DNA from: Thainema sp.
GTDB lineage: Bacteria > Cyanobacteriota > Cyanobacteriia > Phormidesmidales > Phormidesmidaceae
Direction of reading: 5' to 3'
Assembly (NCBI GenBank): GCA_052168235.1
Contig: JBQLZK010000013.1
Location: forward strand, 32,001-96,000
Length of the DNA: 64,000 nucleotides
Position numbers and translations under genes: made by a program. Position 1 is the first letter of the stretch, and each line of letters begins with the position of its first letter. The notes beneath the pieces are model-generated. The model saw nothing but the letters and a program-made list of their open reading frames with translations, was not told the DNA's origin and did no database searches. Shown here piece after piece: positions 1 through 9,274 of the stretch.

Positions 1-216
1 ATTGCTCAATCTTTTCGATGAATTTACTGCTATTTAAAACGCTTGATGATCACGATCAGTGATGACATCATTCTTAGGTTAGGGCGTGTAAGAAATTCTG
101 ACTAACTAAATTGGGATTTCTGATAAGGATACAGAATTAAATCAGTACATTAGGTTTTAGTTTCTGTTCGCTTCAATACACCTAGTTAAGCTAAAGCCGT
201 TTGCCAAAGGTCTTTC

Positions 217-924
217 ATGAATTCGCTGTTGAATTGGCTCATTGAAGAAACCAACGATGTGCTTGAACCACATCTGAGAGAAGTCAAACTCGAACAAAGC
301 CAAATCCTGCAGAATTCCGGTGAGACCATCAATCAAGTTTATTTTCCGATTGACTGTTTATTGTCGGTTACAGTGACGATGCAGAACGGTGATACAGCAG
401 AAGTAGGAACCGTTGGTAATAGAGGGATGCTGGGCGTTGATGCGCTTCTAGGCAATCAAGCAACAGCGAATACTGAACATATCGTGCAAATAGCTGGACA
501 AGCTGTCACCTTGGGAGCAGATCTATTACGACAAGTATTTGAGCAAAGCCCAAAGGTGCGAAATATTTTGTTGGGTTATGCGCAAGTGTTTTTGAATCAA
601 GTTTCTCAAACGGCTGCTTGCAACCGTCTACATACGTTAGAGCAGCGATTTGCACGTTGGCTACTGGTGGCCCAAAGCCAAGTTGATTCAAGTTATTTAG
701 AGTTGACTCAGGCGTTTATTGCGCAGATGCTAGGCGTACGGCGGGCTGGTGTAACGCAGGCCGCTCAAAAACTACAGCTTAACGGTGCAATTCGATATCA
801 TCATGGTCGAATTCAAATCCTCAATCAGGCAGAGCTACAGCAGTCTGCTTGTGAGTGCTACCAAGTGATGGTGCAGCAGTACGATCGTTCACTGGGGATC
901 AAAATGAGTCAGCCAAAAGACTGA
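217..924 (+). CDS. Crp/Fnr family transcriptional regulator
   Basis: N-terminal cNMP-binding-like fold (VYFPIDCLLS...EVGTVG), AACNRLHTLEQRFARWLL, and C-terminal HTH_Crp motif LTQAFIAQMLGVRRAGVT. Confidence 0.9.
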   Translation: MNSLLNWLIEETNDVLEPHLREVKLEQSQILQNSGETINQVYFPIDCLLSVTVTMQNGDTAEVGTVGNRGMLGVDALLGNQATANTEHIVQIAGQAVTLGADLLRQVFEQSPKVRNILLGYAQVFLNQVSQTAACNRLHTLEQRFARWLLVAQSQVDSSYLELTQAFIAQMLGVRRAGVTQAAQKLQLNGAIRYHHGRIQILNQAELQQSACECYQVMVQQYDRSLGIKMSQPKD

Positions 925-1128
925 TTTTGCAAAAAAAATAATTGATTAATTTATATATTGAAAAATCAAATTATCGCAATAATTATTTCTTCAAGCAGAT
1001 GCAAACTGGAGAAAGTTCGCTGAAGATCTATAAGGAATAAAGCAATTAATAATCAGCTTCTATTCACAAATTTTAATTGAGCGTTGTACATAGTCTGACG
1101 ACTCAATATCTACCGCTAAATTAATAAG

Positions 1129-1539
1129 ATGAACCAAGTCAATAACAAACAGTTGGCCATTTTATTGATCGAACAAGACGATGAAACGCGCCCTCTTTTA
1201 AAGCAAAATCTTCGTACTTTAGGTTATTTAGTAATCAATGAATTAGACGAAATTGGTGCCGTTGAACGTATTCGAGGGAGTCGAATTAAGCCTAATTTGA
1301 TTTTAATTAATCAAATTGAGCAGACGGTTGATGCTTCTCTGAGCATGGGGAGGCGGATTCGACGCGATGCCAATTTACCGGATCATACTCTCATCATTAT
1401 CTATGCTGATGAATTTGGACCAGACTTACAGGGGCAAGATGTTCAAGTTGGCGATTACGAATACGTCACCTATCCCGAAGACGGAGAACAACTGTTTAGC
1501 TTGATTAGCCGCGTGCTTCCTCTGGTGAATGGTGCTTAA
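1129..1539 (+). CDS. Stand-alone receiver-like (pseudo-REC) domain protein
   Basis: ILLIEQDDE...LGYLV...PNLILIN pattern of a CheY fold; Asn sits at the expected phospho-acceptor Asp. Confidence 0.65.
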   Translation: MNQVNNKQLAILLIEQDDETRPLLKQNLRTLGYLVINELDEIGAVERIRGSRIKPNLILINQIEQTVDASLSMGRRIRRDANLPDHTLIIIYADEFGPDLQGQDVQVGDYEYVTYPEDGEQLFSLISRVLPLVNGA

Positions 1540-1587
1540 TTTTGTTTGGCTTAGCTAGTCGCGTGCTTCCTCCAGCGAATGGTGCTT
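1506..1587 (+). repeat. Imperfect 32-bp direct repeat duplicating the 3' end of the pseudo-REC gene
   Basis: tagccgcgtgcttcctctggtgaatggtgctt (1506-1537) vs tagtcgcgtgcttcctccagcgaatggtgctt (1556-1587). Confidence 0.85.
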
Positions 1588-1792
1588 GAGCGACACCGAT
1601 CGCATCTGGTTGCAGCTCGTTGTAGTATCGATAAGTTTATCTGATTAATCCTAGAGAATTGTCTGAACTCTGATTTCGCTGGCTTTGGGTGCTAAATCGC
1701 TAACATTGCCCCGTACAATAGAGTTTGGATTGATTGAATCCATTCATCAATACATACGATTGATTCGCCACTAAGGATTAAGGAGAAAGGTC

Positions 1793-2128
1793 ATGCCACA
1801 GGCCGTTGGATCACTTGAAACCAGGGGGTTTCCACCCGTTCTCGCTGCCGCTGATGCAATGGTCAAAGCTGGGCGCGTGACTTTAGTTGGTTATATTCGA
1901 GCTGGAAGTGCGCGATTCGTGGTCAATATTCGAGGCGATATTTCCGAGGTGAAAGCGGCAATGGCTGCGGGTGTAGAAGCCGCTGAAAAAGCGCATGGCG
2001 GTATTTTGGAGACTTGGGTAATTATTCCTCGTCCGCATGAAAACGTTGTCGCCGTGTTGCCGATTGATTATTCACCGGAAGTAGAAGAATTCCGTCAAGC
2101 GGTTGAAGGCATTACCGTCATTGGCTAG
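1793..2128 (+). CDS. ccmK: Beta-carboxysome shell hexamer protein, CcmK4/CcmK5-like BMC-H
   Basis: LAAADAMVKAGRVTLVGYIRAGSARF...WVIIPRPHENV; the GSAR pore loop is CcmK4-type; aaggag RBS upstream. Confidence 0.92.
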   Translation: MPQAVGSLETRGFPPVLAAADAMVKAGRVTLVGYIRAGSARFVVNIRGDISEVKAAMAAGVEAAEKAHGGILETWVIIPRPHENVVAVLPIDYSPEVEEFRQAVEGITVIG

Positions 2129-2174
2129 TTGCAGTCGTTCTCTGAAGAGTAGACCCGCTAGCTGCTGGTTTATT

Positions 2175-2279
2175 TATAGCCTTTCCTGATCTACTGAAGT
2201 ATAAGTTATTTTTTGAAAGCCGCGCTCTGCGCGACTTTCAAAAAATAACCTCCCCTTTATCAGCGCAAGAAGCGCTATA
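2175..2279. mobile_element. MITE family A copy 1 (105 bp, TATAGC...GCTATA ends, internal hairpin)
   Basis: Aligns end to end with the reverse complement of 3385-3489; TA-bounded termini resemble IS630-type MITEs. Confidence 0.8.
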
Positions 2280-2468
2280 GAACATTTTGTTACTCCACTA
2301 GAAGGGGTTGTCTTGTTGCTGTGCCGCGACAGGACGACCCCTTCCGGTTTAGGACTTGGCTTCATTGCACAACACTGATTTAGCTTTTACAATCCAGAAT
2401 CGGAGCTTATCCAGTTTTTGGTTACCCAAACCTAGTTTTCACTGCGTACAGCTTGCGCGTTTACAGTT

Positions 2469-3389
2469 TTGCCCGATCTGCCGCTGGTTTATCATCCGAA
2501 CTACGTGACGCCCTTACCGGAGGGGCATCGGTTTCCAATGGCAAAGTTCGGCCTGCTGCGCGATCGCATTTTGCAAGACCAAGTCGCCCATGCCAACCAG
2601 TTTCATCAGCCAAAGTTACCGTCTACAGACTGGCTAGAGCTGGTGCATCTACCGGAATACGTGCGCGATTACTGTGAGGGCACGCTGGATGTAAAGGCGC
2701 AGCGGCGGATTGGTCTGCCCTGGAGTCCGGGTTTGGTATCGCGTACCTGCACCGCAGTGGGCGGCACGATTCTGACGGCGCAGTTAGCGATGCAGTATGG
2801 CCTTGCCTGCAATACGGCTGGTGGAACCCATCATGCCTTTCCGGCTTTTGGGTCTGGGTTTTGTATTTTTAACGATCTTGCGATCGCAAGTCGGGTGCTG
2901 CAACAGCAGGGCTTGGCCCAGAAAATCCTGATCGTGGATTTAGACGTGCATCAAGGAGATGGCACGGCCCACATTTTTCAAGATGACGACAGCGTGTTCA
3001 CCTTTTCGATGCATTGTGAAGCTAACTTTCCGGGCCGCAAGCAGCAGAGTAATCTGGATGTGCCGCTGCCGATTGGCACTGAAGATGATGAATATCTGCG
3101 CATTCTGGCCAATTACCTACCGGACTTGCTGACCGAGGTGCAGCCGGATTTAGTTTTTTACGATGCAGGTGTTGATCCGCATTTGTGCGATCGCTTAGGT
3201 AAACTGGCGCTGACCGATACGGGGCTTTTTCGGCGCGAGATGCAGGTGCTGAGTACTTGTGTAGCCGCAGGATATCCGGTTGCTTGCGTAATCGGTGGCG
3301 GCTACGGCGACAAAATGGAAGATTTGGTTTACCGACATTCTTTACTGCACCGCGCTGCCAGCGATGTCTACCGTCACCATCGCTTATAG
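2469..3389 (+). CDS. Zn-dependent histone deacetylase family (AcuC/HdaH-like) protein
   Basis: HRFPMAKF, GGTHHA, GFCIFND, DLDVHQGDGT, YDAGVDPH..D.LG and GGGY motifs. Confidence 0.93.
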   Translation: MPDLPLVYHPNYVTPLPEGHRFPMAKFGLLRDRILQDQVAHANQFHQPKLPSTDWLELVHLPEYVRDYCEGTLDVKAQRRIGLPWSPGLVSRTCTAVGGTILTAQLAMQYGLACNTAGGTHHAFPAFGSGFCIFNDLAIASRVLQQQGLAQKILIVDLDVHQGDGTAHIFQDDDSVFTFSMHCEANFPGRKQQSNLDVPLPIGTEDDEYLRILANYLPDLLTEVQPDLVFYDAGVDPHLCDRLGKLALTDTGLFRREMQVLSTCVAAGYPVACVIGGGYGDKMEDLVYRHSLLHRAASDVYRHHRL

Positions 3390-3489
3390 CACTTCTTACG
3401 CTGATAAAGGGGAAGTTGTGTTTTGGCAGCCGCGCGCCGCGCGGCTGCCAAAACACAACTTGTACCTCAGTATCTCACGAAAGGCTATA
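3385..3489. mobile_element. MITE family A copy 2 (105 bp, inverted relative to copy 1)
   Basis: tatagc...gctata ends; perfect internal palindrome aagttgtgttttggcagccgcgc-gcc-gcgcggctgccaaaacacaactt; overlaps the HDAC stop codon. Confidence 0.8.
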
Positions 3490-3496
3490 TAGTTTT

Positions 3497-3799
3497 ATGA
3501 TTTTAGAAGTTGCTGTGCTCAATATTATTCTTGAGCATTGTGAAGAATTTGAAGTGGCTTTTGAAAAAGCCCAATTGATTATTTCATCAATGAACGGATA
3601 TATTTCCCATGAACTGCATCGCTGTATTGAAAACGGAAATCGATACCTATTATTGGTTAATTGGGAAAAACTAGACGATCACACTCAGGGATTTAGGAAG
3701 TCTCCTGAATATCAAGAATGGAAAGCATTATTACATCATTTCTATGATCCATTTCCTGAGGTAGAGCATTATGAAATATGCAAGAGTAGCCAACAATAA
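3497..3799 (+). CDS. Antibiotic biosynthesis monooxygenase (ABM) family protein
   Basis: MILEVAVL...GYISHELHRCIE...YLLLVNW...HTQGFRKSPEYQEWKALLHHFYDPFP; start moved to the ATG at 3497. Confidence 0.88.
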   Translation: MILEVAVLNIILEHCEEFEVAFEKAQLIISSMNGYISHELHRCIENGNRYLLLVNWEKLDDHTQGFRKSPEYQEWKALLHHFYDPFPEVEHYEICKSSQQ

Positions 3800-4049
3800 G
3801 CCGTTATCGAAGAAAGAGTTTATCCAGAAATTGGCACAGCGTATGGCGGTTGACGAAAAGGAAGCGGCTCGATGGCTAGAGGGAACAACCGATACCTTCT
3901 ATGACGTATTTGAGCAGAACAGAGGCGTTACCCTAACTGGATTTGGCAGTTTTTATCTAGAGCGCAGGGGTAATTCCTGTGCATTCAAGTTTAATCCCAG
4001 TCAAAAACTGAGAAAATTATTGGGATGGTCATCCAGTTACAAGGGATGA
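3771..4049 (+). CDS. HU/IHF family DNA-binding protein with a short arm
   Basis: LSKKEFIQKLA...GVTLTGFGSF...FKFNPSQKLRKLL pattern of the bacterial DNA-binding (HU/IHF) family. Confidence 0.75.
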   Translation: MKYARVANNKPLSKKEFIQKLAQRMAVDEKEAARWLEGTTDTFYDVFEQNRGVTLTGFGSFYLERRGNSCAFKFNPSQKLRKLLGWSSSYKG

Positions 4050-4093
4050 TGAGTAGAGTTTGCCAAATAATATCAAGCGATCGCCAGCAATTC

Positions 4094-4588
4094 ATGTACA
4101 TTCGTGTCTCTAAAATCTTGCTCATGCTGTCTGTGTCATTCTTGCTCACGGCGATTGTGTTCAATAACCTGACAGATTACGGGTCAAATTTTCAATATGT
4201 GGCTCATATTATGAGCATGGATACTATCTTTCCAGATAGCGCATTAGCTTGGCGAGCAATTACTTCTACGGCTCTGCATCATGCAGCTTATATTGCACTT
4301 ATACTCGTTGAAACTGTTACAGCAATTTTATGTTGGTGGGGCACAGTTCAGCTTTACCAAACGCGGCGCGATGCAAAAGCATTTAATCAGGCTAAAGGAA
4401 TTGCGGTTTTAGGACTAACCGCAGGAATTTTTCTCTGGTTCACCGGATTTATGACAATTGGTGGGGAATGGTTTGCTATGTGGCAGTCTGAGATCTGGAA
4501 CGCTCAACAGCCCGCTTTTCGCTTCATCATGCTGTTGGGATTCGTGCTCATCTTTTTGACGATGAAGGATGACGAATCGTTGTCTTAG
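4094..4588 (+). CDS. DUF2165 family small integral membrane protein
   Basis: FNNLTDYGSNFQYVAHIMSMDT and GFMTIGGEWFAMWQS signature segments; probable start at ATG 4094 (the ORF opens at 4025). Confidence 0.85.
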   Translation: MYIRVSKILLMLSVSFLLTAIVFNNLTDYGSNFQYVAHIMSMDTIFPDSALAWRAITSTALHHAAYIALILVETVTAILCWWGTVQLYQTRRDAKAFNQAKGIAVLGLTAGIFLWFTGFMTIGGEWFAMWQSEIWNAQQPAFRFIMLLGFVLIFLTMKDDESLS

Positions 4589-4647
4589 TCACACTTTCTA
4601 GACTACTGAAAATAACTGATTTTACATCCTGAATTAAATCTAGAAGG

Positions 4648-4684
4648 ATAATTTGTCGTCGCAACGCAGTAGCAAATTATTCTT
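4648..4684. repeat. Degenerate uninterrupted copy of the GC-AAC-GC hairpin that is split at 15294-15478
   Basis: gataatttgtcgtcgc-aac-gcagtagcaaattattc vs the reconstructed gataattttgctgccgc-aac-gcggcagcaaaattatc. Confidence 0.65.
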
Positions 4685-5044
4685 CTAGGCTCTGGATTTG
4701 TAAGGTGCAAGACATAAGTTTGGAAACCAGAGCGATAAATTTTCTATCCCTTCACACAACCATAAAAATTTCAATAAGCTTCTTTAGGGGTCTTCTCAGA
4801 GATGATCCCTAATTTTTAATACTGGACTCAGTAAAATTTCGGGTGCCCTGTTTCTAATCGCTTTTGCCCCTCAGTGATTTTTAAGCCCAGTTCAAACATT
4901 TCCTATTGATATCGTGCATTTTGCCCAGCCTAGATTCCTAAGTAGGCATTCTGTCGCTGCGTAGCAGTCGCAAAGTATCCTCTTGGATTTTGCGCAGAAT
5001 GTCCGCCATCGATAACCACTGAGAAGATCGTCATCATTAAAGTT

Positions 5045-8000
5045 ATGCATACTGCCTTTAAATCGAGTGTTTTATTACCTAGTCTGCTGCTTGGGTTAAG
5101 TCTGCCGTCACCGCTCTATGCTCAATCCATCATTGCAACTGATGGTGGTGGCACAAATGTGCAGCAGTTCGGTAGTGAATATCAAATTGACGGTGGTATT
5201 CGTAACGACGCGAATTTATTTCACAGCTTTGATCAGCTCAATTTGGATGCAGGTGAGACAGCCAACTTCCGATCGCAACCCAACATCCAAAATATTCTCG
5301 GTCGGATCAGTGGTGGCGACCCGTCGATAATTGACGGCCTGCTGCGGGTGAGTGGCGGCGAGGCCAATCTGTACTTGATGAATCCGGCGGGTATTCTGTT
5401 TGGTGAAAATGCTCGGTTAGACATCCCCGGCTCGTTTGCCGCAACGACAGCAACGGGTATTGGCTTTGGAGACGGCTGGTTCAATGCCGTTGGTGAAAAC
5501 GACTACAGCACCCTGGTGGGCTCCCCGACTGACTTTGCGTTTAGCACCGCGCAACCGGGCAGCATCGTCAATCAAGCCAACCTGAGCGTCAATCCCGGTG
5601 AGTCACTGAGCTTGATCGCGGGCAATGTGGTGAACGTGGGGCAGTTAGAGGCTCCGGCAGGACAAATTGCGATCGCATCTGTACAGGGCGGCGAGCGAGT
5701 GCGCATCAGTCAAGACGGCATGTTGCTGAGCCTAGAAGTTTCAGCCCTGGATGCTGGCTCAAGTGGAGGCTTGAACCCACTGCCGTTTCAGCCCTTGGAT
5801 TTACCGTCCCTGCTTACGGGAACTGGCACTCAGCTTGACCACGCAAATCAGATCACGGTTGATGCAGACGGCACGATTCGTTTAGGGCAGGGTGCAAGTC
5901 GCGATATTGCAGCCAATAATGCGGCAGGCATAGCGGTACTCAGCGGTACAACCAGCGTTGCCGGGACGACAGGGCAAGCGGGGGGACAAATCGCAGTTGA
6001 GGCTGACCGGGCAGCGTTTCCTGCTGGACTAATTGATATTTCGGGTGAACTAGGGGGTGGTCGCCTAGAGGTCTATGCCAATCAGTTTACGCTCGGTACA
6101 GCCATTAATGCGTTTGGTGGCAGCGGTAGCGATTCAGGTGGCTACGTACTGCTGGATCCAGACGTCGCAAACGTGGAGTTAGCTGACGTACCGTCAATTG
6201 TGACGGCTCTAGGTTCCGGTGCTGATGTTGTCATTGATGCCGCTTCCACGATTAATATCAACGCCCCCATCAACACCAGCGCTCAGGCAAGTACAGCGAC
6301 CCTGCAACTGACGGATGAAAATGCCGATAATAACCTGACCATTAACCTGAATCAGCCGATTACTCTTGGTGCTAATCAAACCCTGACGGGCGAAGGCACA
6401 ACGGTTAATGTCACCACTGGTCGAGTGCAGAACGGGATTGATGTTGCCGCTGAGGGAGCCACGGTTAATCTCGCGGCTGCGACTTATCAAGAGAGTCGTG
6501 AAATTCGGATTGCGCGATCGCTAACGCTCCAGGGTCAAGGAGCCGACCAAACGGTTCTATTTGGCAACAACACCCATCGTGTTCTGTTCGTTGATGGCTC
6601 CGGTGGTGATGTAAATGTCACTCTCAGCAATCTGGCTGTAACCCGAGGCGCAGCGGCTGAAGGAGCTGGCATTTATAACAATCAAGCCAACCTGACGATT
6701 CGCAATAGCCGAATCGAAAATAACAGAGCCACGGTCGGGACACCACTCATCCGACGCGGCGGCGGCATTTTCAATAACAACAGCACCAGCGGCAGTCTGC
6801 TGATTGAAGATAGCACGATTGCCAACAATGCAGTTCTAGGCGGCAACGGTACCGTTTCTGGTCAAGCAGGCTATGGCGGTGGATTATTCAATCAAGATGG
6901 TGATCTGACTATTCGCCGCAGTACGCTTAGCAACAACCAAGTAACTGGTGGCAACGGTGGAACGTTTGGTGGAGCTGGACATGGTGGTGCGCTCTATAAC
7001 GCCGCTAGTATGCAATCAAATGTCACCATTACAGACAGCACGTTCAGCGGCAATCAGGCGATCAGCGGCACTGGAACTAGCTCAACACTCGGTGGCTACG
7101 GTGGCGCAATTTACAATAATGACCGTCTCACTCTAGTCAACAGCACCGTCACCAACAACACAGCTAGCGACACAGGTGCCCTGGGTGGGCAGGGTGGTGG
7201 CCTTTACCTGGGGAATTTCGCTGAAACTGACATTGGCAACTCGATCATTGCTGGAAACGCTAGCAATACGTCTGGCGTTGATGTGCAGGGCGAGGTAACA
7301 GAAGACCTGGGCGCAAACCTGATCGGCAACGTAGATGGCAGTACCGGATTTACGACCAGCATATTACTTGGCAGCACGGCTAATCCGCTTGATCCGGGCC
7401 TGCAACCTTTAGGCAACTACGGTGGCCCCACCCAAACCCATCGGCCACGACCTGACAGTATTGCGCTGGATAGCGGCGCAGTTATCGCGGCTTCCAGTAC
7501 CGATCAGCGAGGCCAAGCTCGAATCGGTGGGGCAGGCATTGATATTGGAGCGGTCGAAACGAGCTACGACATTCTGGCAACGCTGGGCAATGGACAGTCA
7601 ACGGTCGTCAACACCAACTTTGGCACCAACCTACAGGTACAGCTCACTGAAGCAGGTCAGCCAGCCGCGATCGCAGGTATTCCGATTACCTTCATCCTGC
7701 CCGATGCAGAAGTCAGCGGCAACTTCAGTGGTAGCCGCACGGCCACGGTGAATACTGACGGTAGCGGAGTTGCGATCGCACCCACCTTAACCGCCAGCAT
7801 CCGCAGCGGAGAATTTATCACCACCGCCAGCTCTGGCAACTTTACCGACCAGCAGTTTACGCTGACAAACTTGGCGGATCAGCCAGCACAGATCACCATT
7901 CTGGGCGGTGATGGACAAGCCACAACCGTGAACACAGCCTTTGCCAATGCCCTCGCGATTCAGGTCACCGATCAGTTTGGCAATGCTGTACCCAATGCGG

Positions 8001-8626
8001 CAGTTGCTTTTGTGGCTCCGACAGTAGGCGCAAGCAGTCTGTTCAATGGCAACCACGCCTATCAAGTCTTCACCAATGACAATGGCGTGACTTCGACCCT
8101 ACAGCCCTTTGCCAACGGCACGGCAGGCGCGTATGTGGTCAACGTGGCTGTGGGCGAATTGAACGAGGCGCTGTTCAACCTGACCAATCTAGCTCAGTTG
8201 AGCAATAATCCTGGCAGTGAAACTCCCGGTGGTGAAACTCCCGGTGGTGAACCGCCTAGTGAAACTCCCGGTGGCGGGATTCCTGGCGAAATTCCTGGCG
8301 GTGGTACAGGTGGCAATCCAATTCCCAATAATCCGGGTGAGAATCCTGTTCCAGGTGAGAAACCTGTTTCAGGTGAGAATCCCGAACCGACCAATCCGCC
8401 AGAGGTTGACATCGTTGTCTTGGATAGAGATTTGTTCAGCGATACCAATTCTCAATTTGATACGGTTGCTGTGTCCTGCCCGGCTGCGATCGCAGTTTTA
8501 GAAGCGGAAGAGGTTGCAGAGCCAGAGGTGGATGATCAAACTATTCTGCTGCTCAGAGAGGCCGATGCACAAGCCTGCTCAACCGAGATTTTAGGACTTG
8601 AAGAAGTCCCAGAGCCGTTGGAATAG
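5045..8626 (+). CDS. Filamentous haemagglutinin/TpsA-like exoprotein: TPS domain, Pmp-like beta-helix repeats, choice-of-anchor Q-like region, two Ig-like domains, Pro/Gly linker
   Basis: Signal peptide; NLFHSF, SGGDPSIIDG, NLYLMNPAGILFG; GGGIFN/GGALYN/GGAIYN repeats; LQPLGNYGGPTQT...TDQRG...DIGAVE; GDGQATTVNTAF...VTDQFGNAV. Confidence 0.88.
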   Translation: MHTAFKSSVLLPSLLLGLSLPSPLYAQSIIATDGGGTNVQQFGSEYQIDGGIRNDANLFHSFDQLNLDAGETANFRSQPNIQNILGRISGGDPSIIDGLLRVSGGEANLYLMNPAGILFGENARLDIPGSFAATTATGIGFGDGWFNAVGENDYSTLVGSPTDFAFSTAQPGSIVNQANLSVNPGESLSLIAGNVVNVGQLEAPAGQIAIASVQGGERVRISQDGMLLSLEVSALDAGSSGGLNPLPFQPLDLPSLLTGTGTQLDHANQITVDADGTIRLGQGASRDIAANNAAGIAVLSGTTSVAGTTGQAGGQIAVEADRAAFPAGLIDISGELGGGRLEVYANQFTLGTAINAFGGSGSDSGGYVLLDPDVANVELADVPSIVTALGSGADVVIDAASTININAPINTSAQASTATLQLTDENADNNLTINLNQPITLGANQTLTGEGTTVNVTTGRVQNGIDVAAEGATVNLAAATYQESREIRIARSLTLQGQGADQTVLFGNNTHRVLFVDGSGGDVNVTLSNLAVTRGAAAEGAGIYNNQANLTIRNSRIENNRATVGTPLIRRGGGIFNNNSTSGSLLIEDSTIANNAVLGGNGTVSGQAGYGGGLFNQDGDLTIRRSTLSNNQVTGGNGGTFGGAGHGGALYNAASMQSNVTITDSTFSGNQAISGTGTSSTLGGYGGAIYNNDRLTLVNSTVTNNTASDTGALGGQGGGLYLGNFAETDIGNSIIAGNASNTSGVDVQGEVTEDLGANLIGNVDGSTGFTTSILLGSTANPLDPGLQPLGNYGGPTQTHRPRPDSIALDSGAVIAASSTDQRGQARIGGAGIDIGAVETSYDILATLGNGQSTVVNTNFGTNLQVQLTEAGQPAAIAGIPITFILPDAEVSGNFSGSRTATVNTDGSGVAIAPTLTASIRSGEFITTASSGNFTDQQFTLTNLADQPAQITILGGDGQATTVNTAFANALAIQVTDQFGNAVPNAAVAFVAPTVGASSLFNGNHAYQVFTNDNGVTSTLQPFANGTAGAYVVNVAVGELNEALFNLTNLAQLSNNPGSETPGGETPGGEPPSETPGGGIPGEIPGGGTGGNPIPNNPGENPVPGEKPVSGENPEPTNPPEVDIVVLDRDLFSDTNSQFDTVAVSCPAAIAVLEAEEVAEPEVDDQTILLLREADAQACSTEILGLEEVPEPLE

Positions 8627-8642
8627 ACCGCAATACAAAATT

Positions 8643-8690
8643 AAACGAGTACTGGGAGAACTCCGGCGGAATTGCCCTCAGTACTCGTTT
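8643..8690. terminator. Inverted repeat between convergent genes, probable bidirectional terminator
   Basis: aaacgagtactg...cagtactcgttt arms. Confidence 0.6.
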
Positions 8691-8699
8691 GATCAACCA

Positions 8700-9254
8700 C
8701 TAGCGAACTGCGATCGCAAATTGCCTTTGGATTGTCTCAAGCGATTCTGCCCAGAGGGTTTCAGGCTGCCAGCTATCGGGATCAAACTGGGCCGCTTGCC
8801 CCCGTTGATACGCCTGCCATAACCGCGATCGCACCTTGTCTGACAGCCCAGACGAGCGACGAATTGAATGCAGCAGTCCCAGCCCGATCAGGGCGTTGGG
8901 TAAGGAGAACGTTGCACCCAGCAAGAAAGCCTGCACTTCTGCCTCGCCTAGCGTGTCAGTTCCGTACCCCGTGAGCACATGCACGCCATCGTGTAGTTGC
9001 TTCCGCCGTGGCCCGGATGTTAGTGGTTGCAGTTGATTGCGGTCTAGAAACTCCGCCCAGCAGTGGCCCAGCGTTCCGGGCGAATACGTCCGTAGCCTGG
9101 ATAAATCGACAATTTGTGGCACACTGCGCCCAGTGATATCAGCGATGCGATCCGTTAGAGCTAAAAATCGCTGTGCCCGAGTTGCGATCGCACTGGCTGT
9201 AGGGTTGAGTTGATCGTTAGTTTGGGTCGTGAAAACAGCGGGAGATTGGTTCAT
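8700..9254 (-). CDS. Coq4 family protein
   Basis: DLSRLRTYSPGTLG...HDGVHVLTGYGTDTLGEAEVQAF (HDxxH...E motif). Confidence 0.85.
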   Translation of the reverse strand: MNQSPAVFTTQTNDQLNPTASAIATRAQRFLALTDRIADITGRSVPQIVDLSRLRTYSPGTLGHCWAEFLDRNQLQPLTSGPRRKQLHDGVHVLTGYGTDTLGEAEVQAFLLGATFSLPNALIGLGLLHSIRRSSGLSDKVRSRLWQAYQRGQAAQFDPDSWQPETLWAESLETIQRQFAIAVR

Positions 9255-9274
9255 GGTTAGTTGTTGCGATTAAT

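Noticed and set aside
217..924. Crp as the cAMP receptor for the cyclase at 29595-30800
   Set aside because: It lacks the GE...R(S/T) cNMP-binding residues (reads GNRGMLG...ANTE) and lies 29 kb away
3257..3496. N-terminal extension of the ABM ORF and ORFs 2174..2365, 3022..3456 and 3295..3492
   Set aside because: Open frames running through the HDAC gene and MITE sequence; their mutual similarity comes from the repeat
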